63,661 nt of DNA, filler included, from Choristocarpus tenellus KU-1152 (GCA_964200185.2; 10 parts of 10 records of this genome joined end to end with filler, not necessarily neighbours in it); one strand, 5' to 3'; positions 1 to 12,638 are shown, counted from the first letter of the whole stretch. The notes: generated by a model not told the origin, from the letters alone. A program made the numbers and translations.

Positions 1-435
1 CAGCCCCCCATGGGTGTTACCATGAGTGGGCAACTCTGCACTGCTGAGATGGACACCTGCGTCGCTGTTACCACCGATAACCTCTGTAGTATCTGACTGT
101 GCCACATTAGAGATCACCAGGCTTATCTCGGCAGCATCGTTCTCCTTTTTCTCATAAGCAGGGTGCTGCAACTCCTCTTGTGTTGGTGATGAGACGAAGA
201 TTCCATGCGTAAGGTCTATGTCCTTATTGGTGTGTTGCGATGCCACAGTCAAGTCTGTGGAGCCCCAAAGGACTTTCTCTTGCTGTTCCATGAGGGGATT
301 ATTTTCCTCATTAGTTCGCCCAAACCTCTCGAACTCGAATTGGGGGAGCGGGGCAGGCACGACAGCAGCAGCTATGGACAAAGAGGCTAGTCCAACAAGT
401 AGTACGGAACTGACAGGGCGACGGTTGCAAGCCAT
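1..435 (-). CDS. 5' part of an unknown protein with a predicted N-terminal signal peptide (runs off the window start)
   Basis: Hand translation of the minus strand from ATG at 435 is open for 145 codons to position 1: MACNRRPVSSVLLVGLASLSIAAAVVPAPLPQFEFERFGRTNEENNPLMEQQ... The basic n-region, hydrophobic h-region and AAA cleavage-like site suggest a signal peptide. It is absent from the ORF track because no stop lies in the window. Confidence 0.6.
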   Translation of the reverse strand, partial: MACNRRPVSSVLLVGLASLSIAAAVVPAPLPQFEFERFGRTNEENNPLMEQQEKVLWGSTDLTVASQHTNKDIDLTHGIFVSSPTQEELQHPAYEKKENDAAEISLVISNVAQSDTTEVIGGNSDAGVHLSSAELPTHGNTHGGL

Positions 436-1646
436 CTCCACCCAGCCAAGATCAGCAGTTCGGTTACTTCACGATAATATATGGTTCTCTTTGGCCTGGT
501 ATCAAGAGGAGGGTATGGTTCAAGTAGAGGTTAAGGACAAGGTTGATGCAAGAATGTCTTCACACTCCCCAACCGCCCCAAATGACTTACCCTTCAAGCG
601 GCGAATATTATCGGATCCACGGCACCCTGCGTCTTCCGCTGGGGCCTGACCTTACTGCACATTCTTTCAGCTTCCTTTTCTCCGTCCTTTCCTCCCTCAC
701 CTGGCCATGACTTTGAATCTTGCTCTCGCTTACGCAAGGATAATGTGATTTGAGTCGTTTTGACTTGAGGATTGTCCTCAGTACATGCCTCCGCAATAAT
801 TTTGTTTGTACATTCAATGCGGGCTGGATTAGGGTGAATCCATTTTGGGTGGTGGTTGTGAACTTCACATCTGTAGCTCATACCCCTTCCTGTTGTGGAT
901 AGACATAAAGTAGCTGAATTTCTTGTGCGACGAGGGACCTGGAGATTGAGATTATCAAGCGTGGGTGGAAAACGACATCGCCGGTGGGAAGCAGGTGTGA
1001 GGGTCAGCCGACTTTGCTGAGCCATTATCGCTTTGGGAAAGCAATTTGCGCAGCCGCAATATGCGCAAGGCGAGGGATACTGTGTGCCTTACTTTCGAGC
1101 CGATGCATGTGATATGCCACTATGATCCTCCTGTTGCTATGTTTGGCTATCTCCAAGCCTGATATTCTGAAATCCGGAAGTGGATGATCAAGAAAGTCAA
1201 GCGTAATTTTGTTTCCATCCGAGGTAGACACTGCAAAGCTGATGGCCAATCGAAGTCAGAGGGCGTAGGGAGTCGAAGGAGCGATTCCTTCCTGGAATTC
1301 TCCATTCGATTCTGTTACACGCCTTCTACTACATTCCTCGTTCCATGTCGCCCATTTGACCGCTACAAAGTTCTCTTGTTTTATTTGAGACAACCACATC
1401 GATGCCCACGTTGATCTTAAAGTATTCTCTTGTGATACGACACGTTGAGAATATGGATTAAATTTGGTTGTAGTCGATTGTGTACATTGATTAAACTCTT
1501 CCTATGTACCTTGATTGATCTACACCTCACCTCCTTCCCCACCTTGCATCTTGGTTACTATTCATGCTACCTCTGCGTTGTGAAATTCAGACTAGGTTCA
1601 CTCCTTCCACGAGGGTACGAGGGGTGGTGCCGGCCCCTCGTGCACC

Positions 1647-4600
1647 ATGTCTTTCGGCGGGAGTTCCGGCTCCATGCTTGTGCTCAACAGTACCTCACTT
1701 CAACCGTCAGGGGAGGGAGTCACTGGGCAAGCACCCCGTAGCCTCTCTTCGTTCGCAAGCACAAACGATGTCGTGGTGAAGGTGAACTCATGCATGTCTT
1801 CATGAGAAGGGGAATTCTGCGTCAATATGTTTCAGTTGTTCCCTTGAATTCGGATCCTCTCAGATGACTCTAGTCCCTCCTAATTGGTACGTGTTTTTAT
1901 CGAGACAATAGAGGCAAGGGTGTGTCCACCACTATTAAAGGGAGTAGGAGTCAGTTTGGAAGTGAGTAGAAGAGTATGACTTTGAAACAACTGTGTGGGA
2001 GTGGAATACAGACAAGGTTCATGACAAGCACATAATGAAGTAGTCAATTTTACTCACATTTGATCTTGCCAGGTGCATCCTATGGTGCTTTTTTCAGTTC
2101 TGGATCACTACTTGCGTCGACCTGAAAACCAAAAGCGTGTGATTGGGACACTCCTGGGCAATGTGGTGGCGAATGTGGTGGAGATCACGAACTCCTTTGC
2201 TGTACCCCACCTCGAGAAAAACGATGAGGTGAACTGTATGTTTCCCCCCCTTTTACCCTGAACGAAAAAAGAGATAGGATACGTCAGCAAATTGGTTGCT
2301 TTGCAATTTTCTACTCAATAAAACTGTACTTTTTGATGCCGAATATCTTGGAAAGACACCCTTCGTTCACCTTGTTCAGCCACAACATGATCCATCCCCA
2401 ATGTGGCTTCAGTATTTCCTTTTGCTTACCTTGCCTTAACGATGAGGATTTTTTATATTCTGTGTATGTTTCATTTATGCATATCTGGGTTTTGTTTTGA
2501 AAAGGTGGCTGTGGGAAAAGACTTCAACAAGCAAATGCTCGCATTACAACAACGGGTCAATTCAAGGGAAACAATCGTTGGATGGTGAGTCGTGAATATG
2601 ACATTGAACTTGCAAGGCAGAAAAAATTCACTTCCAGATTTTTCTGCCTGCAATAAAATGGTGTGATCACCGAAAGTAATGCTCTATCCACTATTGTTTT
2701 CCAGGTAAACCTTTTCAACTGAATAGAAAAAAGTAATGATGAATTTATGGTGCGTGGGGGCCTGAGACTGGCCTTAACAATGACCTACAGTCTGAATAAG
2801 CATGGTGCACTTGAATGTGATGTTAATGTGGTTAACAGTTCAGCAAATATCGAAGCCGGCTATGTTTTCCATTTGTGACATGGCTCCGGTCAAAAATATT
2901 GTTGCAAGAATAATGCTCCAAAAGGGAGTGGATAAGGGGTTTTGGGTGGGAGGGATTTGGGAAGTGACTCCAAGTGGACTGCTTCTGATCAAATCAACTC
3001 TCAATAACCCCTCTCTCATCCTGACAATAGTTGAAAATGTGTTGCACTATCAATGAGATTCTGATTTAGATTTAAATATTTTTGGGGGGCAGAGAGCTTG
3101 TTTCTGTGTTTACCGTAATAATACGCTAACCATTCTCATGCTGTTTTTGTTACTACGTGATGTGGAGTAGATATCCCAAGGGTTTTTTCTTGTGCAATTA
3201 TCTATTAATGGTAAATTGTTTCATGAATTAACAAGTGTTGAGCCATGTATGGCCTCTTGTTGATGAGCTGTCCACCATTTTGTTTGCGCATGTTCTACAT
3301 GCATATTTTACGTATGTTTTTGTTCTAATCAATACATCAGGTATGCCACGTCATTTGATGGTGTATCCATTGTAGACGATTCATCACTTATCCATGACTT
3401 CTACACACAGGAGTGTGAGAGCCCTGTTCACCTGGTGGTGGATACAGCTCTTAAGGTGGGTGGACATATTCAGGAGGTAAAATTGTTTTTGATGAAATAA
3501 ACACACTACTTGAACATGCTACTATTGCTTTGGAAACAAATGTGCAGAAAGGGGGTTGCATCGTCTTTCTTGAGGTGATAAAAGGTTACGAATGTGTATG
3601 ACTATATAAAAATTAGTAGCATGTTTATATTCGAGTAGTGTATTTATATAACGGGGAAAAACAAAACAGCAATGTGTGATAAATGTCAAGAAAAAATTAG
3701 AACCATTCAATTGACACTAGTTTCCATGTGAGAGTTTTTTCGTATTTTGTTCTAGATGTCTTGATTTTAAAGGAAATTTTTCTCTTTCCATTAAACCAAC
3801 CTTAAAAATGGTGTGCTACTGTTTCCAAGAACAAAGGGTACTGTAAGGTGGAAATATGTCCTTCATAAATAGTTTATTTTGTATCTCCTGCTTCTAAATA
3901 ATCACAAGTCTATCGTTGTCCCTGTTGCTAACAGGGATGAAAATTCAGGCTGAAATGGCTTTGTATGTATGTTGTTAGGCATCAGAAGAGGTCAAGTCAA
4001 GCATTTGGAAACTATGTTGTGCTACCATGAAGCTACAGATTGCTGTGCGAAATTGGATATCTTTGAGTAATGCATTTTTGCTACCTCCATAACTTTGGCT
4101 GCTTTTGTGCAGGATAATATTGTGGGGTGCAAGTCCTTCATCAGCTCACCATTGGAGATCGATGGGGTTGCACTAGCAAATGTCTTTCACGAGGTGACTA
4201 CAAATTTGTGCTCAACTTCATTGATTTGTCAAGGAATCTTCCAATTTCCTATCAACCCACCTACAATATATTTTGTATGATGTATGAATTGTTGGAAAAA
4301 GTAGCGAAAGGTACTTCTTGGTTTGTCTTTTTTTAGACTGCTGATCCAAGACCAGGCCTTTCCCACAGATATGTCACATTTCTTTCATCAAACTCATTCT
4401 CTAACACTAATATTGCATTCCTTAAACTTCAGGTAAAAGTTCAGCTCGTGTCTTTGGAGGCAGAACGAATCTGCATTGACCGCATGGTGAAGGGGCAAGA
4501 AGATTCTTTCACTACGCCAGAGGGGCTGGCAGTTGTTGAGAGTCAAATTGCGAGCTTGGTGAGTTTGAATGCATGGTACAGACACTAAAATTGATTCTGT

Positions 4601-5876
4601 AATTTAGTGCAACTTTTCATTTGTAGCTAAGTTGCAGGAGATTCCTGTCTATTACAAGAAGGATGAACAGATACATAAAGTTAGGAAAGTTGAGAGGCCA
4701 GTACCCTTGGTGAGTTTGCACCAGTTTTGAAAAATCTCTTGACAATTGCTTTTGTTGTTGCAGGAAACCTCGATGCAGAGACTGTTAGCAATGTTGCAAA
4801 AGGCAGAGGAATTTGTTGATTCTGTCATTGCTGGGACTGAGCAGACAGATGCACATATGGGTCGAAAGGTGAGAAATCAAATTTGTGATTCATTTTCACA
4901 AAGGACTTCATACTCTTCCCTTGTATCCAGTGTCTACATCAAATTGTCTGGATATGCAATTTTGGCTCTATCTGTTAATGTCAGGATTTTCCTATCCTAA
5001 TTTTATTGTTTTTGACTTCGTTGATGTTTCTGTCTTTGATCCTTTGAGCACAAACCAAGTTGCATTCTTCAAACTGATATCAAGTGACAACAAAATCATG
5101 AGTAATGATCAATTTACAAGAAAATTGTTAACTTCTCTTGTGGATGGGTAGGAACTCAAGTCAGAATCTCCATGCTTTTGATCATTCATACATTAATTTT
5201 CATGTCCCTGGTCCGGTGAGCACATAAAGGTAATTTACGCCTTATGTTTCAAGTGATGACAATATGTATGTGAGGACCAAATATGATTGTCTAAATAATG
5301 AAAAAGGACACTGCAGTAAGCAGATATAAGCCTCTATATATAGTTCATGTTTAGTGTGCTTTGTCCTGTCGCTTAGGAATATTCTTGAACTTTCTTGGAA
5401 GAAATTTCTAAAATTCCCTATAGAGTAGGGGTCCAGTGAGCCTTAAATTTAATTAAACTCTGATACTGTTACTGACTGGGGTTCTTTTTTGAATCCTGTC
5501 TAATTGCATGCAGACAGTTTTCAACTTTGCAGTGAGGACCAAAGTTTGATTCCAATAGAGGCATCTCGTGTGAGTTTAAAGAGATACATAGAAATTGAAA
5601 CCCTAGAAAGACTAGGATTTTGCAACTCAATATAAGCTGACATTGTTAAGAGTGGTATCTAAGAATCTGTGCCAGATTCAATTCTCACAGTGATCCTCCC
5701 TGTGCCACATGCTAATTCTTCAGCTGGCGGATACCTTGGCTGCGGTGCCCCGTATGCGACCAGAGGTGTTCAACCGCATGTTTGATGATAATCTGCAGGA
5801 CCTGTTGATGGTGTCTTACCTCAGTTCGCTTACACGAACTCAGCTCTCTATTGCAGAGAAGCTGGCTATCTTATAG
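1647..5876 (+). CDS. EIF3F: Eukaryotic translation initiation factor 3 subunit F (MPN/JAB domain), 8 exons, about 316 aa
   Basis: Exons 1647-1781, 2073-2228, 2505-2584, 3341-3455, 4113-4193, 4433-4558, 4764-4868 and 5724-5876 are all GT-AG and phase-consistent. The protein has VKVHPMVLFSVLDHYLRR..RVIGTLLG..VEITNSFAVPH, ETIVGWYAT, SSLIHDFY, PVHLVVDT and a C-terminal NLQDLLMVSYLSSLTRTQLSIAEKL, all typical of eIF3f. Confidence 0.93.
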
Positions 5877-6739
5877 ATATTTAGTTGTCAAAAGTTTCTC
5901 GATGGCTCACCTCAGAGGAGACTGTTCTTGTTTTGACTTACTGTGGAGCATGATCAAGGGATATGAAGCAAATGACTGCATTGCTTATCAGCTGTTTCTT
6001 ACATGTTGTCCGAATATACATTTGTGCCTTCCACAAGGAGTGTACCATGTGTTCTTGGAAATATTAGGTCCTATTTTTCAGATTTGTCACAAGTCGCCTG
6101 CCTCTATGTTTCAATGAAAAGCGTGGAGGTGATTTTGTGTTTGTTCTTAGGTTATAGAACAGAGTTTGATGAGAGCATGTGCATGTTGGTTTTGAAAGTA
6201 TTCTTTGCTCACGTTTTTGTTACTGTGTCACAGGACAGACAACATGTAAGGATGTCAATGTGATGTGTGAATAAAAGCACATTTATCCATCTTTTCAAGA
6301 TAGTGCTCAAGGTCGGCCTAGTTTCAACTGTTTTCTTGTAATGGAAATACAGTCAACCTGAATGTTCTGCTTACTTTTTGATGTCACATGGAGGTCTTTT
6401 CCTGGGATATTATTCTGAATTACTAGCAATACCAAGAGCATAGCAAACCTAGAGGTTACCTTACCAATAGTTTCCTAAGCGTTAATGCATGTGGCTGTCT
6501 TCCATCCTTAATCTCTGCAAATGCTGTTGCCAAAAAGAGTCTGCATTATCATAGAGGACAGCCTGATATCATCTTGCCTAGTTAAATAAATACTGCATCT
6601 TTGTGTTTATACGAGACTTAAGGAGTGTCAAAGTGGCACACCCATCTAACGGGGTCTCTACAATGGTTGGTTAAAATTATTTTGTTATTTGGCACAAAAA
6701 GTAATGGATAATGTCTGCATCATCAGGATAGAGCATGCC

Positions 6740-6990
6740 TTTCGCAGCAGGGGCGTAACACCAACAGTCTTTAGAGATTAATGGTCCACAGGTTACGCAC
6801 CAAGAATGTTCCACCTAACAGAAATAGTAATTATTGTATTTTGTACCTGTTGGCTTCACTTTATTTTTGGGTCGGACCATCCCATCCCATTTCTTCTCAT
6901 TTGATTGGTTTAGCAATACTACTAGTCGTCGCTCTTCCTCCTCCTTCGAATCTTGTGTTAGACACAGCTTGACATTGCCAGCCCTATCTT
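6740..6990 (+). mobile_element. Degenerate L1/Tx1-like LINE 3' remnant
   Basis: Shares the CTTC..TCGAATCTTG motif and a WFS...RRxxSSFES peptide with remnants at 7680-7830, 10510-10720, 24400-24760 and 26200-26480. The upstream LMVHRLRT..N..YCIL resembles a zf-RVT region. Confidence 0.35.
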
Positions 6991-7400
6991 CATCTGTTGG
7001 CATTTCTTGTGTTACAGAGTACTGAATATAATGCAGATAGTCTACTATCCCTTGTAGTGCCATATGGAACAGGACAATCGAAAACAGCTGTTTATTACGA
7101 GTAGAAACCACAACGGTTTGTACAACTGCAAGTCAAAGTAAACGAGAGGTACCCAGGCAGGATTGCATTTCAAGGACCAGGACAATAAAAATATAGAATT
7201 GGACTTCTTTCTACAAATAAGTGTGTGTACATGGATGTTCCTGAATTATTTCCTAAACTTTCAAAGAAAGAAAGAAATCAGTGTTCTCAATTTTACAATC
7301 AATGTGTTCGTAAAAATAAGGATGAATTGAAAAGATGCAAAAGCGACCAAAAACTGGGTACCTTCCCGTTCACTTTCACTCTCTATGATGTACACTCTCT

Positions 7401-7672
7401 GAGTGGAAGAATCTTAGATTAGAGGGTACGAGTTTTGCCCTGTTTGTCCATTATTATTTGAGGCTTGGCTCCCCATGGGGTTTTTTATTACATTTTCCTA
7501 CTATCCAAAATGTTTCAGAGTAGGTAATGTAAACGTTACGCAAAGGTACGTCCGGAACAAGGATATTGACACTTCCTAGCAAACACAATAGCCAAAATTA
7601 TATCAAAATCGCACATTGGATTTTGCTCCCCAAATGTACGCGGCACTACTACCCTCTAAGATGCTTTGGCTC
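7401..7672 (+). mobile_element. MITE family A copy
   Basis: Terminal inverted repeats GAGTGGAAGAATCTT..AGAGGGTA / TACCCTCTAAGATGCTTTGGCTC, a 4-bp target duplication CTCT, and internal sequence that aligns with eight other copies in the window. Confidence 0.85.
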
Positions 7673-8075
7673 CTCTCTGTTGTACTACACCAAAAAGACG
7701 CCAGACCAAGATCAAGGTGGAAACCAACTGTTGGGGTGGATCCATCGTAAGATTCGAGGGAGGAGACGGGGGAACGAGGAATGGGAGTGAGTGATGAACC
7801 TGACGTGGGAGAACCCTCGTGTACAAAAGTTAGTGTGAGAGGTGAATATAGTTGAAGTGTGTGGTCCCTCTGACCATATGTTTCGATTTTTATTTGCAAA
7901 GAATATAATAATATTATTTATGTATGATTATATGTTAAGAAAAACTAGATTGATGTAGAGTTATTGAACGCGCGTATGTCGCGAGCGGACCTAGCACTCG
8001 CTCTTCAAAGAAGGTTAAGGTCATTCTTCTTCTACAATTACGAACCACATGATTGTAATATTCCCAAGGTTTACC

Positions 8076-9206
8076 ATGGGATTGATGAGGTTGGCGGCCT
8101 TAGCGGTGGCCATGAGTGCAACGACAGCGTCGGCCTTCGTGTGCCCTACTTGCAGGCCTTTGAGTAGTGACCCGGTCAGGTGCGCCAGGCTTCACCTCTG
8201 CATTAAATTGACTATCATCATCGCCATAATGGTATGGGCATTTTACCTTTTGGTGACCGTATGCTCGGACTACGGTTGCGCTTTAATGTTGAGCTGTTTC
8301 AATCTGTTCACCGATGACAAGAATATGGAGCGTCTTTAAAACAGAATCCTACACGTAAGACTCGAGGCTTACGGAGGTCACTCTTTGTGGTGTAGTTAGC
8401 TATATTTCGTTCAACTAGTTCGCCCTACAGGTGTTCAGTATGTGGACCTATCCATGAGATTTGGGAACGCTTCCCCCATTAGCACTTCTCGCATCCCCCT
8501 CATCAGCACTTCTCGCGTCCCATCCTTTCTTCGATAACCCGCCACACCTTTCAGTTCGACGCGGTCATCTCCTCTTTCAACACTGCTACTGCCGACGACG
8601 ACAACAAGCCCTCGACAACATGACGTGGCCGCTTATCATTTGTGGCGCCATCCGTGCCAACGTCCTACGATGCCCCGGACCCTGAGAAAGGCCTTCGACC
8701 AGGGGATCATAGATTCTGCATTCAAATTCTCGACCTTTGTGCCCCAGGGACTATTCGCTCTCATGATCTTGGCGCCCAGGTCCAGAATTACAAGGTCTGT
8801 GATGGAACCATGGTGGCCAACCCTGACGTTGTGCCTGTGCCACGTGCTCATTGTCGCGGTATCCCTTGCACAGCCAGGTGGTTCAGCTCCTATGGCACTC
8901 TTTTCAGAGGTATTTGAACCTTCTGGCAATGGGCAACTTGCTGCCATCATGCACATGTACACGTATTCCAATTTTGCTGCAGAGGAATGGTCGCATGTCT
9001 TAACGTGGGACCTCTTTGTCGGCAGGTACATCTGGCTCGATGGCTTGAGATCAGGAGTGTCGACAAGAGCCTCAGTCTTGGTTACCAACTTTATTGGACC
9101 GCTTGGGTTCCTTGTCCATGTAGCCTTATCTCTAGCTTCTGGCAAGGGTATGCCACAGTCAAGCTTGGGACCTCCATCCGTGGAGGGAGACGAAACTGAG
9201 GAGTAG
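8076..9206 (+). CDS. ABA4: ABA4-like protein (DUF4281, neoxanthin-biosynthesis family) with a bipartite plastid-targeting presequence, 2 exons
   Basis: Exon 1 (8076-8179: MGLMRLAALAVAMSATTASAFVCP.., signal peptide plus ASAF motif) joins exon 2 (8555-9206) through a phase-2 GT-AG intron. The mature region has LMILAPR..T..VM and EEWSHVLTWDLFVGRYIWLDG...VLVTNFIGPLGFLVH, characteristic of ABA4/DUF4281. Confidence 0.85.
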
Positions 9207-10509
9207 ATCATACCTTGGAAACCAATAATGTCATATTCAACCATACATGGGTATTTATTCCCGACAAATGAGGTTGATACATTATTGATGATGACCATTG
9301 CTATCCTACCGTTTTGTTTTCTTCAAAACCTCTCTGAAGTACCTCTGTTCATGCAAGCCTTTTCGACCTTTTACAGGATCTTGTGCCAGGAAAAGCAGGA
9401 ACAGATAGGGAGGATAGTTGGGTGAGCCTTTTGGGCAGGACACAGACCAATTGTGGCCTACAGCTTGAGAGGAAATCTCTAAGGAAGGGCATGTTTCCTA
9501 TTTGTACCCGTTGTTTGTATTCCATTTGTCGATCAGGTCCAATTGCTCTTGAAGCTGTGATTATTCTGAATTCAGCTGCACATGGCTGGCGAGTGATGAT
9601 AGAGTAAGGGGCAAGAGCGCTCTTTCAGGTAGCAAAATAAACCAAAAAGGGTTATTCAGACAAAGAGTTAGTCATGACTGGGTTTCTCACACCAACAATT
9701 GAGATGATATGGATTGACTTTGATAGGACGATCTGGTGCCAATATTGAGCATTGATCACTCGAAGCCCCATTCGGGGAGGTTTGTGTGTTGTGTAGGGGT
9801 TGTTACTCCTGTGCAGTAAAGGTTAAGTGCAAAATTTTGTTTGAACAGAAAATTAATTGTGGTAAGGGTGATTTAATATGTGTCACTCAGTGTGAAAGAT
9901 TAGTGTTCCACTGACTGAGGTCCTTTTGCCATTTGTCCAGTACATACACACTTAAGAGTGTGAGGCCAAAAATCTTGTGTTTAGTTGTTAAAATACTTGA
10001 GCAGTTAATCTATTTTTTCTTTGTTGTGAATTACTTATTTTATAAGTACCCCTGTGGATTCACACATTGCATAAAAGCAATCACCAAGGCCATACTATTT
10101 TTTCTGCCGTAACACTTTGCACTTTTTTTTCCCCTGGGTAATGATATCTTCACCTCTTGATAGTGTTTGCGATCTCGCAAAAGTCTTAATTGCCATCAAC
10201 CCTTGTGCTCCGGAGGCAGTGTGACCCCAACTTTGTTAGTGACAAACCAATTTGTTTCTCTTCTTGAAATACATTTTGTCATTCTTGGGAAGTACTCCAG
10301 AGTATTTTGATAGCTGCACTCTCGCACAGTGGACACTTGACCCTCTTAAAAGGAGCTTTTATCTTCTCTTTGTTCAGGCATTGAAAGGATTGCAAGATCA
10401 TACTGAGTTTAGTTGTGCTCTTAATTGGGGATTGCTAGGAAGAGAATTACATGCATCCCATGTTACAGAAGATTTGTTATTAGTATGTCAACTTTGACTT
10501 GACCTAGAG

Positions 10510-10720
10510 CCTATCCCGAGTCGTGATCAGAGGCACTACACACTGCACTTCTTAATCTACTAAAACTACTGATACTAGCTATTGCACTACTGATCATTTT
10601 GCTGCCTCCATTTGTGGAGTACTTTTCATGCAGTGGGTTCAGCCATCCCATTCCTTGTTGCCCTACCTCCTTCCTCAAATCTTGTGTTGTTGGACCTGCC
10701 TTGGCATCCCTTGGCAACGA
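10510..10720 (+). mobile_element. Degenerate L1/Tx1-like LINE 3' remnant
   Basis: Contains AGAGGCACTACACACTGCA, also present on the minus strand at about 24705-24723 and 26436-26455, plus the downstream GGGTTCAGC..CTCAAATCTTG motif. Confidence 0.45.
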
Positions 10721-10832
10721 AGCCTTGGCCACCTCATTTTTGGTCTGGCGTCTTTTTTTTATGATGATAGGTAGGAGAGGTATAAATCCGTAGTGCTCAC
10801 CATGTGAATTTTGGAAAATCGAAACCAGACTT

Positions 10833-11098
10833 GAATAAAAGCATCTTAGAGGGCACGAGTTTGGTTCTGTTTTCTGTTTGAGGCTTGATTTCCCACGGGC
10901 TTTTTATGACATTTTACCTACTCCGAAATATTTCGGAGTAGGTAAAACGTATACGTTTTGGAGTAGGTATCATGCATATGTCTGGAACAAGGATACCAAC
11001 ACTTCCTAACGAACACGGTAGTCAAAATGACATCAAATTCGCAACATTGAATTTTGGTCCCCAAGCGGACACGGCTCTACCCTCTAAGATATCGAATC
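10833..11098 (+). mobile_element. MITE family A copy
   Basis: Degenerate TIRs, 4-bp target duplication ACTT (10829-10832 and 11099-11102), and a perfect internal palindrome TACCTACTCCGAAATATTTCGGAGTAGGTA. Confidence 0.85.
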
Positions 11099-11289
11099 AC
11101 TTCCAGAAAAGAAATATGGGGTTGACACTTTTTAAACATGTTAATATATGAAGGGAATACCCTCGACTAAGCCCTAGGCCACAATTCTGATACGGTGTAG
11201 GACAAACATCAAAAGTTGATTGAGTTCCTTCAAATTTCGTTGGAGCTGTGTTCCTAGAGTTTGTGCAATTCCACTGGGCTGTAGCCGGT

Positions 11290-12000
11290 AAAGGGGCTAT
11301 GCGGCTGGGTTGGGTTGTATTACCTGGCCTTTGAGCAGTGTTTTGGCTAGGTGGTAGACGTGATGTGGGCAGCTGGGTTACACCAGCTGACCCTGGAAGA
11401 TTCCATCAAGCAGGAGGTAGACGTAGTTTGTGGCCGTCTAGGGTGTAACAGGTGATCTTCGCGTATTTTCTCAACTGTGGAAGGTAGATGGGGCGTTTTG
11501 GTTGACTGGGGTCCAGCAACTGTGCTTTGGGTGTGGTTTCAATCTGGAGGAAGATTGTGTTGTGTGGCCTGCTAAGCTACAGGATGAGCTGACTTTGTAG
11601 CTTAAAAGCACTAGTAAGTAATTGGATTGTGTGCTGAACTGAGCTCCAGCAGATGACCGTTGAATGTGGTTTGTTCAGGAAGTAGGTCAGATCGTTCGAC
11701 CAACCAGGCTTCTACAGCTGACCATTAAATATCATTTTGTTAAGACGATAGATGGGGTACTATGGCCAGCTGAGTTGGATAACCTGACCTTTGGGTGTGA
11801 TTTGACCTGAACAATTGATGTGGTGGCGTGACCTGCTGGGCTGCAGCAATTTTTATCATGGTTTTAATTCTTCCGAGGCAGTTGGTTGATGAGGTGGCAT
11901 GGCCCACAAGACTTCAGCACGTAAGGTGTGAGTTTTCTTTCTTTAACCAGGCATTGGAAAGGGCGTTATGGCTGACATGGTTAATCTAGGTGTTTTTGCG
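11290..12000 (+). pseudogene. FNIP-repeat protein pseudogene (about ten degenerate 22-aa / 66-nt repeats)
   Basis: Translations across stops and frameshifts give VDVMWAAGLHQLTL, VDGAFWLTGVQQLCFGCGFNLEEDCVVWPAKLQ, IDGVLWPAELDNLTFGCD and FNQALERALW, matching the FNIP consensus FNQPIxGVxWPxxLQxLxFG. There are many in-frame stops. Confidence 0.75.
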
Positions 12001-12021
12001 GCAACACAGTTCAAGTGCTTA

Positions 12022-12285
12022 GAGTGAAAGAAAGTATCCTGGAGGGTACAAGTTTTTGCCCTGTTTGTCCATTTGGGGCTTGGCTTCCCACGGGTTTTTA
12101 ATGACATTTGACCTACTCAAAAATGTTTCGGAGTAGGTCAAATGTGTAGGTTATGAAAAGGTGTGTCTGGAACAAGGATATTGACATCTCCTAACAAACA
12201 TGATAGCTAAACTTACATCAAAGTTGCAACATTGAATTTTGACTCTCAAATGGACGCAGCTCAACACTCTCAGATACTTTGACTC
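12022..12285 (+). mobile_element. MITE family A copy
   Basis: GAGTGAAAG..AAAGTATCCTGGAGGGTA ... CACTCTCAGATACTTTGACTC. Aligns over its full length with other copies; the TSD is not clearly preserved. Confidence 0.85.
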
Positions 12286-12638
12286 TTTCATTAGGTATAG
12301 ATCCAAGTTAACCAAGTAGAAAGAGTGAAAATGGTCGAATATTTTTGTCTAGAAGTGAAAAATGTACGTATGTAGTAAAAGGTCTCTCCTTGAGTGTCGT
12401 TTTCTGACTTTGAGGTTTGAAAAATATCTTTCGACGTGTAACAATTTTTGACATACACTGCATTACCTTGATCGCCTACCCATAGTTACTTAGTTGTTTA
12501 GGTTACCTGCTCATCACCTACTTGTGCAATTGCTCACCTATATAGTTTTGGCAAGCCCACGGCTTACAAATCCAAGTGTATAAAGGAAGTGACCACACTT
12601 CCTACCATAGGTACGACAGATGATAATTTGCTGCTACC

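Noticed and set aside
11290-12000. Periodic 66-nt pattern as a CRISPR-like array
   Set aside because: There is no fixed repeat with unique spacers; the periodicity is explained by FNIP protein repeats, and no cas genes are present.
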